Assembly (NCBI GenBank): GCA_965249575.1
Contig: OZ252244.1
Span: forward strand, 1,888,001-1,952,000
Length of the DNA: 64,000 bases
Origin: Gemmatimonadales bacterium
GTDB taxonomy: Bacteria; Gemmatimonadota; Gemmatimonadetes; Gemmatimonadales; GWC2-71-9
Direction of reading: 5' to 3'
Part shown: positions 29,277 to 38,715 of the stretch, piece after piece
How the letters are laid out: each line of letters opens with the position of its first letter
Position numbering within the stretch: the stretch's first letter is position 1
Made by a program: the position numbers and the translations under genes
The notes under the pieces: generated by a model
The model's input: only the letters and a program-made list of their open reading frames with translations
Database searches by the model: none
What the model was told of the DNA's origin: nothing

Positions 29277-30665
29277 CTACGGGGCGGATAGCTCCCGTCT
29301 CGCCAATTCTACGCGATCCTTGAACTGTCGGTCGCGCTGCATTTCCTGCTGAACTTTATCGAGGCTGTGAATGACCGTGGAGTGATCTCGACCGCCGAAC
29401 GACTGACCAATCTCGACGAGTTGCATGCCGAGGAGATCCCTGGCGAGGTACATCGCGATTTGCCTCGGAACCGTCAGGGTCTTCGTTCGAGCCTTCGATC
29501 GAAGTCCCTCGGTGGTCACTCCCCAGCGGCGCGCCACCACTTCCTGCACCCTGTCGACGCTGGGAATCGCCACGGGTGCCTCCGACTGGACCCCGTCTTC
29601 GGCCCGGATCTTATCTGAGAGGGCTTCCCGTGCCAGCTCGATCGAGATTTCGCGGTGCTTGAGGGATGCGAATAGCAGCAGCTTGATGATGCATCCCTCA
29701 AGCTCACGTACCGAGCTACGTACGTGCTCGGCGATAAAGCGGAGGACGTCATCCGGGATAGTGAGCTCGAGGTGGTCCTGCTCGGCTTTCTTTCGAAGGA
29801 TCGCGATGCGGTGCTCGAGGTCCGGTTGGCCTACGTCCGCCACCATTCCCCACTCGAAGCGGCTCACCAGGCGCGACTCGAGCCCCGGGATTTCCGTCGG
29901 GGGCCGGTCGGAGGTCAGCACGATCTGCTTGCCGGCCTCATGGAGCGCGTTGAACGTGTGGAAGAACTCTTCCTGCGTCATTTCCTTGCCCTCGAGGAAG
30001 TGCACGTCGTCCACGAGAAAAATGTCCACGTCGTTCCGGTATTGGCGCCTGAACTCGGGCATGGTTCGGCCGTGAATGCTCTCGATCACTTCGTTGATGA
30101 ACTGCTCCGCTCCCATGTAGCTCACGCGGCTCTCGGCGTCTCGCTCGAGCATCACATGCGCGATAGCCTGCATGAGGTGGGTCTTCCCGAGGCCGGTGGC
30201 CCCGTAGATGAACAGCGGGTTGTAGGTCTTCGCAGGTGCCTCAGCTACCGCATGGGCGGCGGCGGCGGCAAGCTCATTCGATTTTCCGATGACGAACGTC
30301 CGAAACGTGTATCTCTCGTTGAGAGGCGTGGCCCGCCGGTTGGCCGCGACAGGTTGTCCTGCTGGTGGGGCCACGAAGAAATCCATCTGGGGTCGCTGAG
30401 CCCGCTCCTCCTGCACCTGAAAAACGACGTCGAGGGGCGCGCCAAGGGCCTCGCCGGCGAGTCGTGTCAGCAATGATGCGTGCTTCGACTCGTTCCATTC
30501 GACCGCGAACTGGTCGGGCGCCCCGACAACGAGACGACCTTCGTTCAACGTGATGGCTTCGGCCGGTTCGAGCCAAGTTCTGACCGTCGCGTCGGGCAGT
30601 TCGCGCCTAGCTTCTTCGAGTAGGCGCGTCCACGCCTCTGTAGCTGACAGCTCCGTCATGGACAT
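29277..30665 (-). CDS. dnaA: Chromosomal replication initiator DnaA
   Basis: YNPLFIYGATGLGKTHL, QEEFFHTFN, RLVSRF, GGRDHSTVIH. Confidence 0.98.
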   Translation of the reverse strand: MSMTELSATEAWTRLLEEARRELPDATVRTWLEPAEAITLNEGRLVVGAPDQFAVEWNESKHASLLTRLAGEALGAPLDVVFQVQEERAQRPQMDFFVAPPAGQPVAANRRATPLNERYTFRTFVIGKSNELAAAAAHAVAEAPAKTYNPLFIYGATGLGKTHLMQAIAHVMLERDAESRVSYMGAEQFINEVIESIHGRTMPEFRRQYRNDVDIFLVDDVHFLEGKEMTQEEFFHTFNALHEAGKQIVLTSDRPPTEIPGLESRLVSRFEWGMVADVGQPDLEHRIAILRKKAEQDHLELTIPDDVLRFIAEHVRSSVRELEGCIIKLLLFASLKHREISIELAREALSDKIRAEDGVQSEAPVAIPSVDRVQEVVARRWGVTTEGLRSKARTKTLTVPRQIAMYLARDLLGMQLVEIGQSFGGRDHSTVIHSLDKVQQEMQRDRQFKDRVELARRELSAP

Positions 30666-30697
30666 GCAGTAGGGGTGGGGGTACGACAGGGCGACCG

Positions 30698-30726
30698 ATT
30701 GTATGCCTCCGATGTGGAAAAGTCAA
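30698..30726 (-). promoter_or_regulatory. dnaA sigma70-type promoter with an overlapping DnaA box
   Basis: Minus strand TTGACT-N17-TACAAT; TTTTCCACA box at 30713-30721. Confidence 0.7.
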
Positions 30727-30728
30727 CC

Positions 30729-30758
30729 TTGACCTCTCTGGCCTTGCGCGGCTAGCTT
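30729..30758 (+). promoter_or_regulatory. Putative rpmH promoter
   Basis: TTGACC-N18-TAGCTT. Confidence 0.45.
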
Positions 30759-30782
30759 TCCCGCCTCAACCGAGGGAATGGG

Positions 30783-30944
30783 ATGAAGCCGACGTACCGG
30801 CCGCGCAATCGGCGCCGCATCAACAAGCATGGCTTTCGGGCGCGCATGCGAACCCGTTGGGGCCGCGCCATTTTGAGCCGCCGTCGCAAGAAGGGGCGGA
30901 AACGCCTCGCCGCACAACTCCCCTCGAAGCACGGAGCGCGCTGA
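30783..30944 (+). CDS. rpmH: 50S ribosomal protein L34
   Basis: Manual translation [42 protein letters not shown]... (53 aa). Confidence 0.97.
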   Translation: MKPTYRPRNRRRINKHGFRARMRTRWGRAILSRRRKKGRKRLAAQLPSKHGAR

Positions 30945-31285
30945 CGGCCGAGGGGCTCCCCCGAAGCTGGCGGTTGTCGCGCGGACCAGATCTCCGGTCG
31001 GTTTTACGCTCCGGCCGCCGCCGCCGCACCCCCAGGCTGGATATCGCATGGTGTCAGAACGATACGGGCCACCCTCGTCTGGGGATCATCGTTCCGCGGT
31101 ACGGCCAGACGGCCGTCGCACGCAACCGCCTTCGCCGCAGGCTCTCCGAGCATGCCCGCCGCCGAGTCCTTCGGTCTCTTCCTCCAGTTGACCTCGTGCT
31201 ACGGCCGCTACCCCAGGCATATCGAGCTGCGTCGCGCGACCTCGCAAACGACCTGGAGCAATGGCTGCACTCGCTCTCAAGCTGA
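30941..31285 (+). CDS. rnpA: Ribonuclease P protein component (start uncertain; CTG at 30941)
   Basis: RL...[26 protein letters not shown] (RNR motif); between rpmH and yidD. Confidence 0.9.
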   Translation: MTAEGLPRSWRLSRGPDLRSVLRSGRRRRTPRLDIAWCQNDTGHPRLGIIVPRYGQTAVARNRLRRRLSEHARRRVLRSLPPVDLVLRPLPQAYRAASRDLANDLEQWLHSLSS

Positions 31286-31500
31286 GTCACTTGCCTCGGC
31301 AGGTTGCCGCTGGCCTGATCAAGGTCTATCAGGTCGCGGTGTCGCCGTTTCCGTCTCCCTGCCGCTACACGCCATCCTGTTCCGCCTATGCGCTCGAGGC
31401 TGTGACACGCTACGGAGTGGTGAAGGGAGCGTGGCTTGGCGTTCGCAGGATCCTCCGGTGCCATCCGTTCAAGACGGGTGGATACGACCCGGTGCCATGA
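31261..31500 (+). CDS. yidD: Membrane protein insertion efficiency factor YidD
   Basis: [25 protein letters not shown]. Confidence 0.95.
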   Translation: MAALALKLSHLPRQVAAGLIKVYQVAVSPFPSPCRYTPSCSAYALEAVTRYGVVKGAWLGVRRILRCHPFKTGGYDPVP

Positions 31501-31515
31501 TGGGGCGGTAACGGC

Positions 31516-33177
31516 ATGGATCGAAAGACGGTACTCGCTTTCGTTCTCATCTTCCTCGTGATCACGTTGCCTTCGATTCTCTTCCCACCAGAGAAACCGA
31601 TGGGGGCAGACCCGGAGACCATCCCGTCGCCGGAGGCCCGGGAGCCTCCGGCGGAGCCGACAGGTCCACTGCCGCCAGCCGTGACTCCGCCGCCGGTTGC
31701 CTCCAGGCCGACTGTGGCCATCATCCCCGATCCCAGTGACAGCGTCGGCGAGGAATTCGTGGCGGTCGAGTCCCCGCTCTATCGGTTCACGTTCTCAACG
31801 AGGGGCGCGCGGCTCGTTGGAGCAGAACTCAAGCAGTATGCGTCCTTCGCGCCGGGCGACCCCGGCCGGGCGCAGCTGATACCTGATGAATCCGAGTTCC
31901 TCGCGACGAGGTTCGTGCTGGGTCGGGATACCGTCGATCTGGCGGGCTGGGTCTTTGAGCCGTCTGCTGACCGACTCGACGTTGGGACGGAGCCAGTCGT
32001 GCTGAGCTGGGTGGGTAGGCGCGGTGCGGCGGTTGTCGTGCTCGACTATTCGTTCCGCCCGGGCCGCTACATCTTCGATGTCCGGGGCGAAGTCCGGGGA
32101 GTTGGTAGCGAGGGTGGCCTCATACTCGTGGGACTCGGGCCCGGGTTCCGGCTCATCGAAGCCGACTCAGCGAGCGACTTCCGCTCCTACGGCCTGGTCA
32201 CCAAGGCGCGATCCACCGAGAACACCTCGTTCAGCTCCCTCGATCCAGCCGAGAGAAACGAGCTATCGGGGCCGTTCGAGTGGGTGGCCCTCAAGACGAA
32301 GTACTTCCTGGCGGCGCTCCTCACGATCGAGGAGGGGAATCCACGATTCGGTGGTGCGGTAGCAGTTGGCGGCGCCCGGTCGGCGAAGAACGCGACACGA
32401 CTGCACGCCGCGGCATCGCTTGCTGCTCCCGGCGGCTTCTTCGCCTATTCGGCCTACGTGGGACCCCAGGAGTTCCGCCGCCTGGCGGCGATAGGACACG
32501 ATTTCTCGGACATCAACCCATACGGATGGGTCTTTCGGCCGATTATCCAGCCCTTCGCGGCACTCATCGTTCGCATCCTACTCTGGATGCACGAGACGCT
32601 CAGCCTCGCGTACGGCTGGGTCTTGGTGTTGTTCGGCATCATGGTCCGCATCCTACTCTGGCCGCTGAACCAAAAAGCGATGCGGTCTAGTATCGCCATG
32701 CAGGCGATCCAGCCCGAGATCAAGGCGATTCAGGAGAAGTTCAAGAAGGACCCGCAGAAGCTCCAACAAGAAACGCTCAAGCTCTACAAAGAACACGGCG
32801 TCAACCCACTCGGCGGCTGCCTCCCGCTCCTCATCCCGATGCCAGTACTGTTTGCCCTGTTCTTCGTCTTCGCCAATACGATCGAGTTTCGCGGCGTGCC
32901 GTTCCTCTGGCTGCCCGATCTATCCCGCGCCGATCCACTGTACATCATACCGCTCGTAATGGGCGTGTCGATGTTCGGCTTGTCGAAGGTCGGGCAGATC
33001 GGGGTGCCTCCGAATCCCCAAACGAAGATGATGCTGTACTTCATGCCGATCATGTTCACCGTACTCTTCGTGAACTTCGCTTCGGGTTTGAACCTCTATT
33101 ACGCTGTGAGCAACATCGCCAGCATTCCACAGCAATGGCTGGTGGCCCAGCAGCGCTTGAAGCGACTCCGCGCCTAG
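31516..33177 (+). CDS. yidC: Membrane protein insertase YidC
   Basis: NPLGGCLP, FLWLPDLS..DP, GLNLYY; oriC-region synteny. Confidence 0.96.
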   Translation: MDRKTVLAFVLIFLVITLPSILFPPEKPMGADPETIPSPEAREPPAEPTGPLPPAVTPPPVASRPTVAIIPDPSDSVGEEFVAVESPLYRFTFSTRGARLVGAELKQYASFAPGDPGRAQLIPDESEFLATRFVLGRDTVDLAGWVFEPSADRLDVGTEPVVLSWVGRRGAAVVVLDYSFRPGRYIFDVRGEVRGVGSEGGLILVGLGPGFRLIEADSASDFRSYGLVTKARSTENTSFSSLDPAERNELSGPFEWVALKTKYFLAALLTIEEGNPRFGGAVAVGGARSAKNATRLHAAASLAAPGGFFAYSAYVGPQEFRRLAAIGHDFSDINPYGWVFRPIIQPFAALIVRILLWMHETLSLAYGWVLVLFGIMVRILLWPLNQKAMRSSIAMQAIQPEIKAIQEKFKKDPQKLQQETLKLYKEHGVNPLGGCLPLLIPMPVLFALFFVFANTIEFRGVPFLWLPDLSRADPLYIIPLVMGVSMFGLSKVGQIGVPPNPQTKMMLYFMPIMFTVLFVNFASGLNLYYAVSNIASIPQQWLVAQQRLKRLRA

Positions 33178-33274
33178 GACGCGCGGGGTGGGTTGAGGGG
33201 CGGGGGCTGCTTTGTCCTGCCCCGGGGTTCCTCACGGCAATCTCCAAGAAGGTGAGCCTCGTCCCGGCACCTCC

Positions 33275-34633
33275 ATGCTATCCGACGCCATAGCAGCGAT
33301 CGCGACTCCGCCGGGCCGGTCGGCAGTGGCTCTAATTCGACTCTCGGGGCGGGGAGCCCACCAGATCGCGGCGACCGTCCTCACGTCGTTCAAGGTCGAG
33401 CCAACGCAACGAGCACGCCGGACCCACGCCGTCGATCCCGAGACGAAAGACGTGCTCGACGACGTGCTCTACGTCGCCTACAAGCGCCCACGGTCATATA
33501 CGGGGGAGGATCTAGTCGAGATCTCAACGCACGGAGGGCTTCTGGCAGCGCCAGAGGTGTTGGGTGCGCTGCTTGCGGCAGGCGCCCGGCCATCGGAGCC
33601 GGGCGAGTTCACCCGCCGCGCTCTGGCGCATGGCAAGATCGACCTCCTGCAGGCGGAGGCCGTCGCGGATCTCGTAGACGCAACAGCACCGGCTCAACGC
33701 CGAGCCGCTTTGAGCCAGCTCGACCGAGGGCTGTCAGATAGAATCTCCAGTTTGAAGCAGCAGGTATTGGATCTGGAAGCGCTGGTATGCTACGAGATCG
33801 ATTTTCCCGAGGAGGACGCCGGTCCCGTTTCGCCGGAGCGGATCTCCGCGGCGCTGGTTGCCCTCGAGGACCTGCTCGGCAGGCTGGCGGCCACGGCGGG
33901 CGAAGGCGAGCGATTACGGGAGGGGGCGCTCGCAGTTATCGCGGGCCGGCCGAATGCCGGGAAGTCGTCCCTGTTCAATGCCCTGCTCGGATCGGAGCGG
34001 GCAATCGTCACCGAAATCCCGGGGACTACGAGAGACGCCATAGAAGCCCCGGCCACTTGTGGTGGATTCCCGTTTCGTCTCATCGACACGGCCGGGATAC
34101 GAGAGGAGCAAGCCGATTTGGTCGAGCAATTGGGAATCGAGGTGAGCCGGCGGTACGTATCGGCGGCCGACGTCGTCATTCTATGCGTCGAAGCCGGCAC
34201 AGCCGTCGCGGGCGAAGAAGAGGAATTCCGGAAGGCTCTCGAGGCACCAAGCCTGACGGTTCGTACGAAAGCGGATCTCTTGAGTGCAGCGGCGCCTCCG
34301 TTGGGCGGGCCAAAGGATCAGGTCGTCGTGTCCGCGAAGGACGGCCGGGGTCTGGGGGAGCTACGAGCGGCGCTAGCTGCGTTTGCGTTTTCGAGCCTCT
34401 CCGCACGTGGCAACGTGGAACCTGTGATCACTCGGGCTCGCCACAGGCGAGCGATCGGCGAAGCGCTGCGCGAGGTGGAGTTATTTCGTGAGTCGAGGGC
34501 GGCTGGGGTCGAAACCGCGGTAGCTGCCGCTCACCTGCGGGCGGCCGTCAGCGCTCTGGAGGATGTGATAGGGCTCGTAACGAGCGACGACGTGCTCGAT
34601 CGGGTGTTCTCGACGTTTTGCATCGGGAAGTAG
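33275..34633 (+). CDS. mnmE: tRNA modification GTPase MnmE
   Basis: IAAIATPPG, SYTGED, GRPNAGKSS, PGTTRD, DTAG, C-terminal FCIGK. Confidence 0.97.
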   Translation: MLSDAIAAIATPPGRSAVALIRLSGRGAHQIAATVLTSFKVEPTQRARRTHAVDPETKDVLDDVLYVAYKRPRSYTGEDLVEISTHGGLLAAPEVLGALLAAGARPSEPGEFTRRALAHGKIDLLQAEAVADLVDATAPAQRRAALSQLDRGLSDRISSLKQQVLDLEALVCYEIDFPEEDAGPVSPERISAALVALEDLLGRLAATAGEGERLREGALAVIAGRPNAGKSSLFNALLGSERAIVTEIPGTTRDAIEAPATCGGFPFRLIDTAGIREEQADLVEQLGIEVSRRYVSAADVVILCVEAGTAVAGEEEEFRKALEAPSLTVRTKADLLSAAAPPLGGPKDQVVVSAKDGRGLGELRAALAAFAFSSLSARGNVEPVITRARHRRAIGEALREVELFRESRAAGVETAVAAAHLRAAVSALEDVIGLVTSDDVLDRVFSTFCIGK

Positions 34634-34649
34634 CCGCCGGGGCGGCTAC
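34630..34649. terminator. GC hairpin between convergent genes
   Basis: GTAGCCGCC-GG-GGCGGCTAC perfect inverted repeat; no U-tract. Confidence 0.35.
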
Positions 34650-34657
34650 CGACGGGC

Positions 34658-34873
34658 TCATTCGGGGGGAAGCTCCGACTCAATGGCGGTCATCCACAGC
34701 TCGTCGGTGAGCCACTCGAGTCGCTCCTGCGCGTAGTCCAACTGCTCCGGCGTCATCTCGGCTTTTCTTCTCGCGACGTCTCGAACGTAGTCCACCAACT
34801 CATCCACAGCCTCGCGGAGCGGGCGATTGCGCCGGCGCTCGCCGAAGACACGCGACGACCGCCGACGGGTCAC
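34658..34873 (-). CDS. Small hypothetical protein (71 aa)
   Basis: Helical, charged ORF coupled (GTGA) to the upstream gene. Confidence 0.6.
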   Translation of the reverse strand: MTRRRSSRVFGERRRNRPLREAVDELVDYVRDVARRKAEMTPEQLDYAQERLEWLTDELWMTAIESELPPE

Positions 34874-35814
34874 GCTGTCTGCGCGCCCGTCACGCGGTCT
34901 TCAGCCGGCTGGAAGTCCGCTGGCGCCGCCCTCAGAGCCTGGGCGATGGACGATTCGGCGATCAAGGCCTCGACCATACGGTGTCCGATGTAATAGCCCG
35001 AGCGCTCTGGGATCACCTTCCCCGAGACCATGCGGGTATTCGGGCTCATGCCCCCGGACAGGTATCGCAGGCGGTATCCCAGCCCGGTTTGCTCCAGCTC
35101 CGGAGCGATAGCCCTCGCCAGAAACGCGTCGAGTTCGCGCATCCGCCTGTACTGGCGCCTGCGGTACCCCAGATAGAACCAAGGCTCGAATCCCGGTGCG
35201 GCTGACCGGGAGGCGGCGACCGCCAGCCCCTCGTTGATCAGCAACTCGCGTAGGCTGACCTGGCTCCCGCTGTCCCAGTAATCGTAATTGCCCCCCGTAT
35301 CGGCAACGGCGCGGGCGAGTTCGCTCCGGCTGGCCGGAGACGTATAGCGCACGGTGTGCGCCACCTCATGAGAGATCCAAATCGGCAGTAGATCCGGCGA
35401 CAAGCCCAAGCCGTACGTTTCGGGGTTGGGGCGCCCCGTGAAATGCTCGAGGCACACGAAAGCGATGCCCCGACCGTTGACCACCAGTTCTCCGGCATTG
35501 GCGCCGCCCACCCCAACGGTGAGATAGACATCCACCGGCTGATCGACTTCGAAGATGTCATGACATCGCGACAGCGTATCTTCGGCGATCCGGGCCACGT
35601 CGACCCGGGCTAGCAAGGCGTGTAGGTCCTTCCGGTCAGCCGACAGCGCGCGCCGAATCACGTCTTGTGCGTGGGGGCTGTCCAGGTCTAGGACGTAATT
35701 GTGCCAGTAGGCGTTGAGAAAAGCGCGGTGGCGAGAGAGGTAGTGGTGGTACGCGTCCAGCGGGTCGCGTGCCGATAACACGGCCAGAAACTCAGGGACG
35801 AGGTCGATGAGCAT
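34870..35814 (-). CDS. Putative Zn-dependent protease (DUF2268-like)
   Basis: HEVAH..., downstream NEGLA, C-terminal GYYIG. Confidence 0.75.
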   Translation of the reverse strand: MLIDLVPEFLAVLSARDPLDAYHHYLSRHRAFLNAYWHNYVLDLDSPHAQDVIRRALSADRKDLHALLARVDVARIAEDTLSRCHDIFEVDQPVDVYLTVGVGGANAGELVVNGRGIAFVCLEHFTGRPNPETYGLGLSPDLLPIWISHEVAHTVRYTSPASRSELARAVADTGGNYDYWDSGSQVSLRELLINEGLAVAASRSAAPGFEPWFYLGYRRRQYRRMRELDAFLARAIAPELEQTGLGYRLRYLSGGMSPNTRMVSGKVIPERSGYYIGHRMVEALIAESSIAQALRAAPADFQPAEDRVTGAQTA

Positions 35815-35937
35815 GTACCGCGCACAATTTGACGTGTACCTCCCAGGCTGACAACCCCTCGAGAGTCGTAGGGAGCCAAAGGGAAGGCAATCGAGGTGCG
35901 CAAGAAGCGAACTAGACGCCGACCTGGTGCGGCGAAG

Positions 35938-36425
35938 CTACTTCATCACTTCGCGCAGTGTCTCGGCGTCGTTGGGTGAGAATCCAAAGAAGGTCACGTC
36001 GTCCAAGGTCTCCCCATCTGGCGACGAAACAATGACATCGCGCATGACCTCGGCGGCACGGCGGAGATCGAACCCTCCGATACCCGACCCCAGCACGGGG
36101 AAGGCGATACGTGCGACGCCATTACGCGCGGCCAGTTTGAGGCTTGCCGAGGTTGCTTCTTGAATTGAACGCTCGGAAACCGGCTCGTCTCCCATGGCGG
36201 CTGCGTGAATTACCCAGCGAGCGGGGAGCTCACCCCCACCGGTTATTGCGGCCTCCCCGACCCGGATCGAGCCGTGTCGGTCGCATTCTTCTTGTTGGTT
36301 GATCCGCCCTGAAGCCGAATGGCTCCAGCCACGCCGGCGCCGAGTTTCAGCTGGTTGTTCGCGGCGTTGACGATCGCGTCTCCATCGAAGGAGGTGATGT
36401 CTCCCGGTAGTACGGAGATGTGCAC
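35938..36425 (-). CDS. Macro domain protein (ADP-ribose processing), frameshifted near 36295
   Basis: [42 protein letters not shown] spread over two frames. Confidence 0.85.
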
Positions 36426-36435
36426 CGGTCTGAGG

Positions 36436-37269
36436 CTATTCCGTGCGCCACTGGCGGCTCATGTCATCCAAGAACCGCCTTTCCTCGGGTGTGAGGCTCT
36501 CCAGGCCGCTCTCTGAAATCTTGTCGAGGACCCGGTCGATTTCCTTGTGAATGGATTCCTTGCGTCCCGATTCCTGCGCGGGCGCCTCGACGCTCGGCTC
36601 GGCTTGCTCCGCGGACGGGTGCACGAGCACGTGTGAGTCCGGCCCCTCGTCCATCACCGCTGTCACCCGACGACTCACGTAGCTCTCAGCGCGCAGGTAG
36701 ATGTAACCGAAGAGAACTCCACCGAGATGGGCCAGCTGCACCACCCCACCCCCCGCCCCGGCGACCGCAACTGCAAGGGCGGCGGCGGACAGGCCGAAAA
36801 CGAGCCACTTCAACTTGATTGGGACCGTGAGCGGGAACAAAAATACCTGGTCTTCGGGTCGGTCCCAAGCGGAGGCAAGCGAGACGCCGAGCACGGCGCC
36901 GGTCGCCCCGATAAACGGGCTGATATCGGTTAGCAGTATCAGCGCGAAACACAGCGTCGTGCCCCCCAACGCGCAGAGAAAGTAGTAGCGCAGGAATGAC
37001 ACGGCCCCCATCCGCCTCTCGACTCGCGGCCCGAGGAAGAACAGCATGAGCAGCCCGGCTGCCAGATGGAAGAATCCCTGGTGGAGGAACATGTAAGACA
37101 GGAAGGTCCACGGTTGCCGGCTCGCGGCGAGCGGCCTGAATCCGCCCGTCTCGATCAGCCAAGGTCCGGTGAACACGGTGATCGCAAGCGCGTAGAGCAC
37201 CGCGTTTGTGACCAGGATGCGCCGAACCCAAGGGGTTAGGGAGAGAGGAGTCCGCTGGGGCTGATCCAT
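36436..37269 (-). CDS. Rhomboid family intramembrane protease with C-terminal DUF6576-like tail
   Basis: [39 protein letters not shown]. Confidence 0.85.
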   Translation of the reverse strand: MDQPQRTPLSLTPWVRRILVTNAVLYALAITVFTGPWLIETGGFRPLAASRQPWTFLSYMFLHQGFFHLAAGLLMLFFLGPRVERRMGAVSFLRYYFLCALGGTTLCFALILLTDISPFIGATGAVLGVSLASAWDRPEDQVFLFPLTVPIKLKWLVFGLSAAALAVAVAGAGGGVVQLAHLGGVLFGYIYLRAESYVSRRVTAVMDEGPDSHVLVHPSAEQAEPSVEAPAQESGRKESIHKEIDRVLDKISESGLESLTPEERRFLDDMSRQWRTE

Positions 37270-37273
37270 ATCG

Positions 37274-38314
37274 TCATGTACTCACTGATGCCCCGACTTT
37301 GTTCCGATGGGGGGTGCGCCGCATCGCCAGGTCGCACAGCGTCTCACAGAGGCTGTCGAAGTCGATTCCCACGCCTGCCGCGGATTGGGGGAAAAGGCTC
37401 GTCGCCGTAAGTCCCGGCAGGGTGTTGGCTTCTAGGCAGTGCGGCGTGCCATCTAGACTCACTTTGAAGTCCACCCTCGAGAAGTCGCGGAGCTTGAGGG
37501 CCTGATGAGTTGCAATCGCCAGATTCTGGAGCCGCGCTGCAAGCGAGGGATCGATTTGTGCCGGGAATATCTCCTCGCTGAGCCCGGGCGTGTACTTGCA
37601 CTCATAGTCGAAGATCTCGTGGCTCGGGATGATCTCGCCCACCGCGAGTGCTCTGTTGTCCAACACGCCCACTGTATACTCCCGGCCCTCGACGAATCGC
37701 TCGAGCAGAACCTGGTGGTCGTACCGGAGAGCGGCTTGAACGGCGGCTTCGAGATCGTCGAGACGTTTTATGACAGTCAACCCGACGGTTGAGCCCACGC
37801 GCGATGGTTTCACGACAAGCGGAAGGCCCAGCGCTTGGATGCATTCGGAGCTGGCAGGCCACATCTCCCACTCTGCGGTGGGGATGTCGGCCCACCGACA
37901 CAGACGCTTCGCGATGTCCTTGTCCATCGCGAGCCCGCTGCCGAGCGAGTCGCTCCCCGTGTACGTGCGGCCGCCCAAATCGAGGAGGTTCTGCATGGCG
38001 CCCCCCTCGCCCTGCTCGCCGTGCAGCACCAAGAAGATTAGGTCCGCGGCGCGCACGTCCGGAAGGGCCAACAACGAGGCACCCAGATCGGTCTCTCGCA
38101 GGGTCGCCAGCTGCTCAGGGGTGGGAGGAGCTCTGCCCACCGAGTCGACGAGATAGCGGCGCTCCCCGGCCGCGGACAGCACGCCGCTCGCGGTATCGAC
38201 GACAGTGACAGAATGTCCCCGCCCGCGAAGCGCGGACACAACCAGTTTCGCGCCAGCGAAGGCCACGTCTCGCTCTGCGTTGGAGCCCCCGGTAAGGACG
38301 ACGATGCGGCTCAT
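37274..38314 (-). CDS. ddl: D-alanine--D-alanine ligase
   Basis: GGSNAERDV, LHGEQGEGG, MDK, VKPSRVGSTVG, FDYECKY, EANTLPG. Confidence 0.95.
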   Translation of the reverse strand: MSRIVVLTGGSNAERDVAFAGAKLVVSALRGRGHSVTVVDTASGVLSAAGERRYLVDSVGRAPPTPEQLATLRETDLGASLLALPDVRAADLIFLVLHGEQGEGGAMQNLLDLGGRTYTGSDSLGSGLAMDKDIAKRLCRWADIPTAEWEMWPASSECIQALGLPLVVKPSRVGSTVGLTVIKRLDDLEAAVQAALRYDHQVLLERFVEGREYTVGVLDNRALAVGEIIPSHEIFDYECKYTPGLSEEIFPAQIDPSLAARLQNLAIATHQALKLRDFSRVDFKVSLDGTPHCLEANTLPGLTATSLFPQSAAGVGIDFDSLCETLCDLAMRRTPHRNKVGASVST

Positions 38315-38715
38315 GCAGGACGGTACACGACGCGGTATTCTGGCATCTCCCAGAGCTCTACCTGCTCCATTCGGCCCGCCCGAGAAATCGCGCCGAGGCG
38401 CAGCGCGGCGCGGTCGCATACCAGCCGCGCTATTCGCTCGGCGGTGGGAGGTTGTTCCCGGAATTCGTCCAAGTCGTTCAGGTATCGATGCTCGAAGTCA
38501 GCGACGGTTTCGTTCGCGATCTCTTGGATCGCTCGGAAATCGATGCCCATCCCGGATTCATCCAGGCCCTTCTCTGGCACACGAACCGTCAGGCGAACAC
38601 GCCAGTTATGTCCGTGCACGCGATCACACATCTCGACGCCGGGCAGGGTGTGCGCAGCCGAGAACCTCGCCTCGGCGGACAAGAGATAGTATGGCGCCGA
38701 GTGCCCGCCGCTCAT
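38311..38715 (-). CDS. queD: 6-carboxytetrahydropterin synthase
   Basis: FSAAH, C...HGHNW, DF, PTAE, VELWE. Confidence 0.88.
   Translation of the reverse strand: MSGGHSAPYYLLSAEARFSAAHTLPGVEMCDRVHGHNWRVRLTVRVPEKGLDESGMGIDFRAIQEIANETVADFEHRYLNDLDEFREQPPTAERIARLVCDRAALRLGAISRAGRMEQVELWEMPEYRVVYRPA

Noticed and set aside
33184..33206. G-run tract between yidC and mnmE
   Set aside because: Could form a G4, but it is short, has no partner arm and is unremarkable at this GC content.
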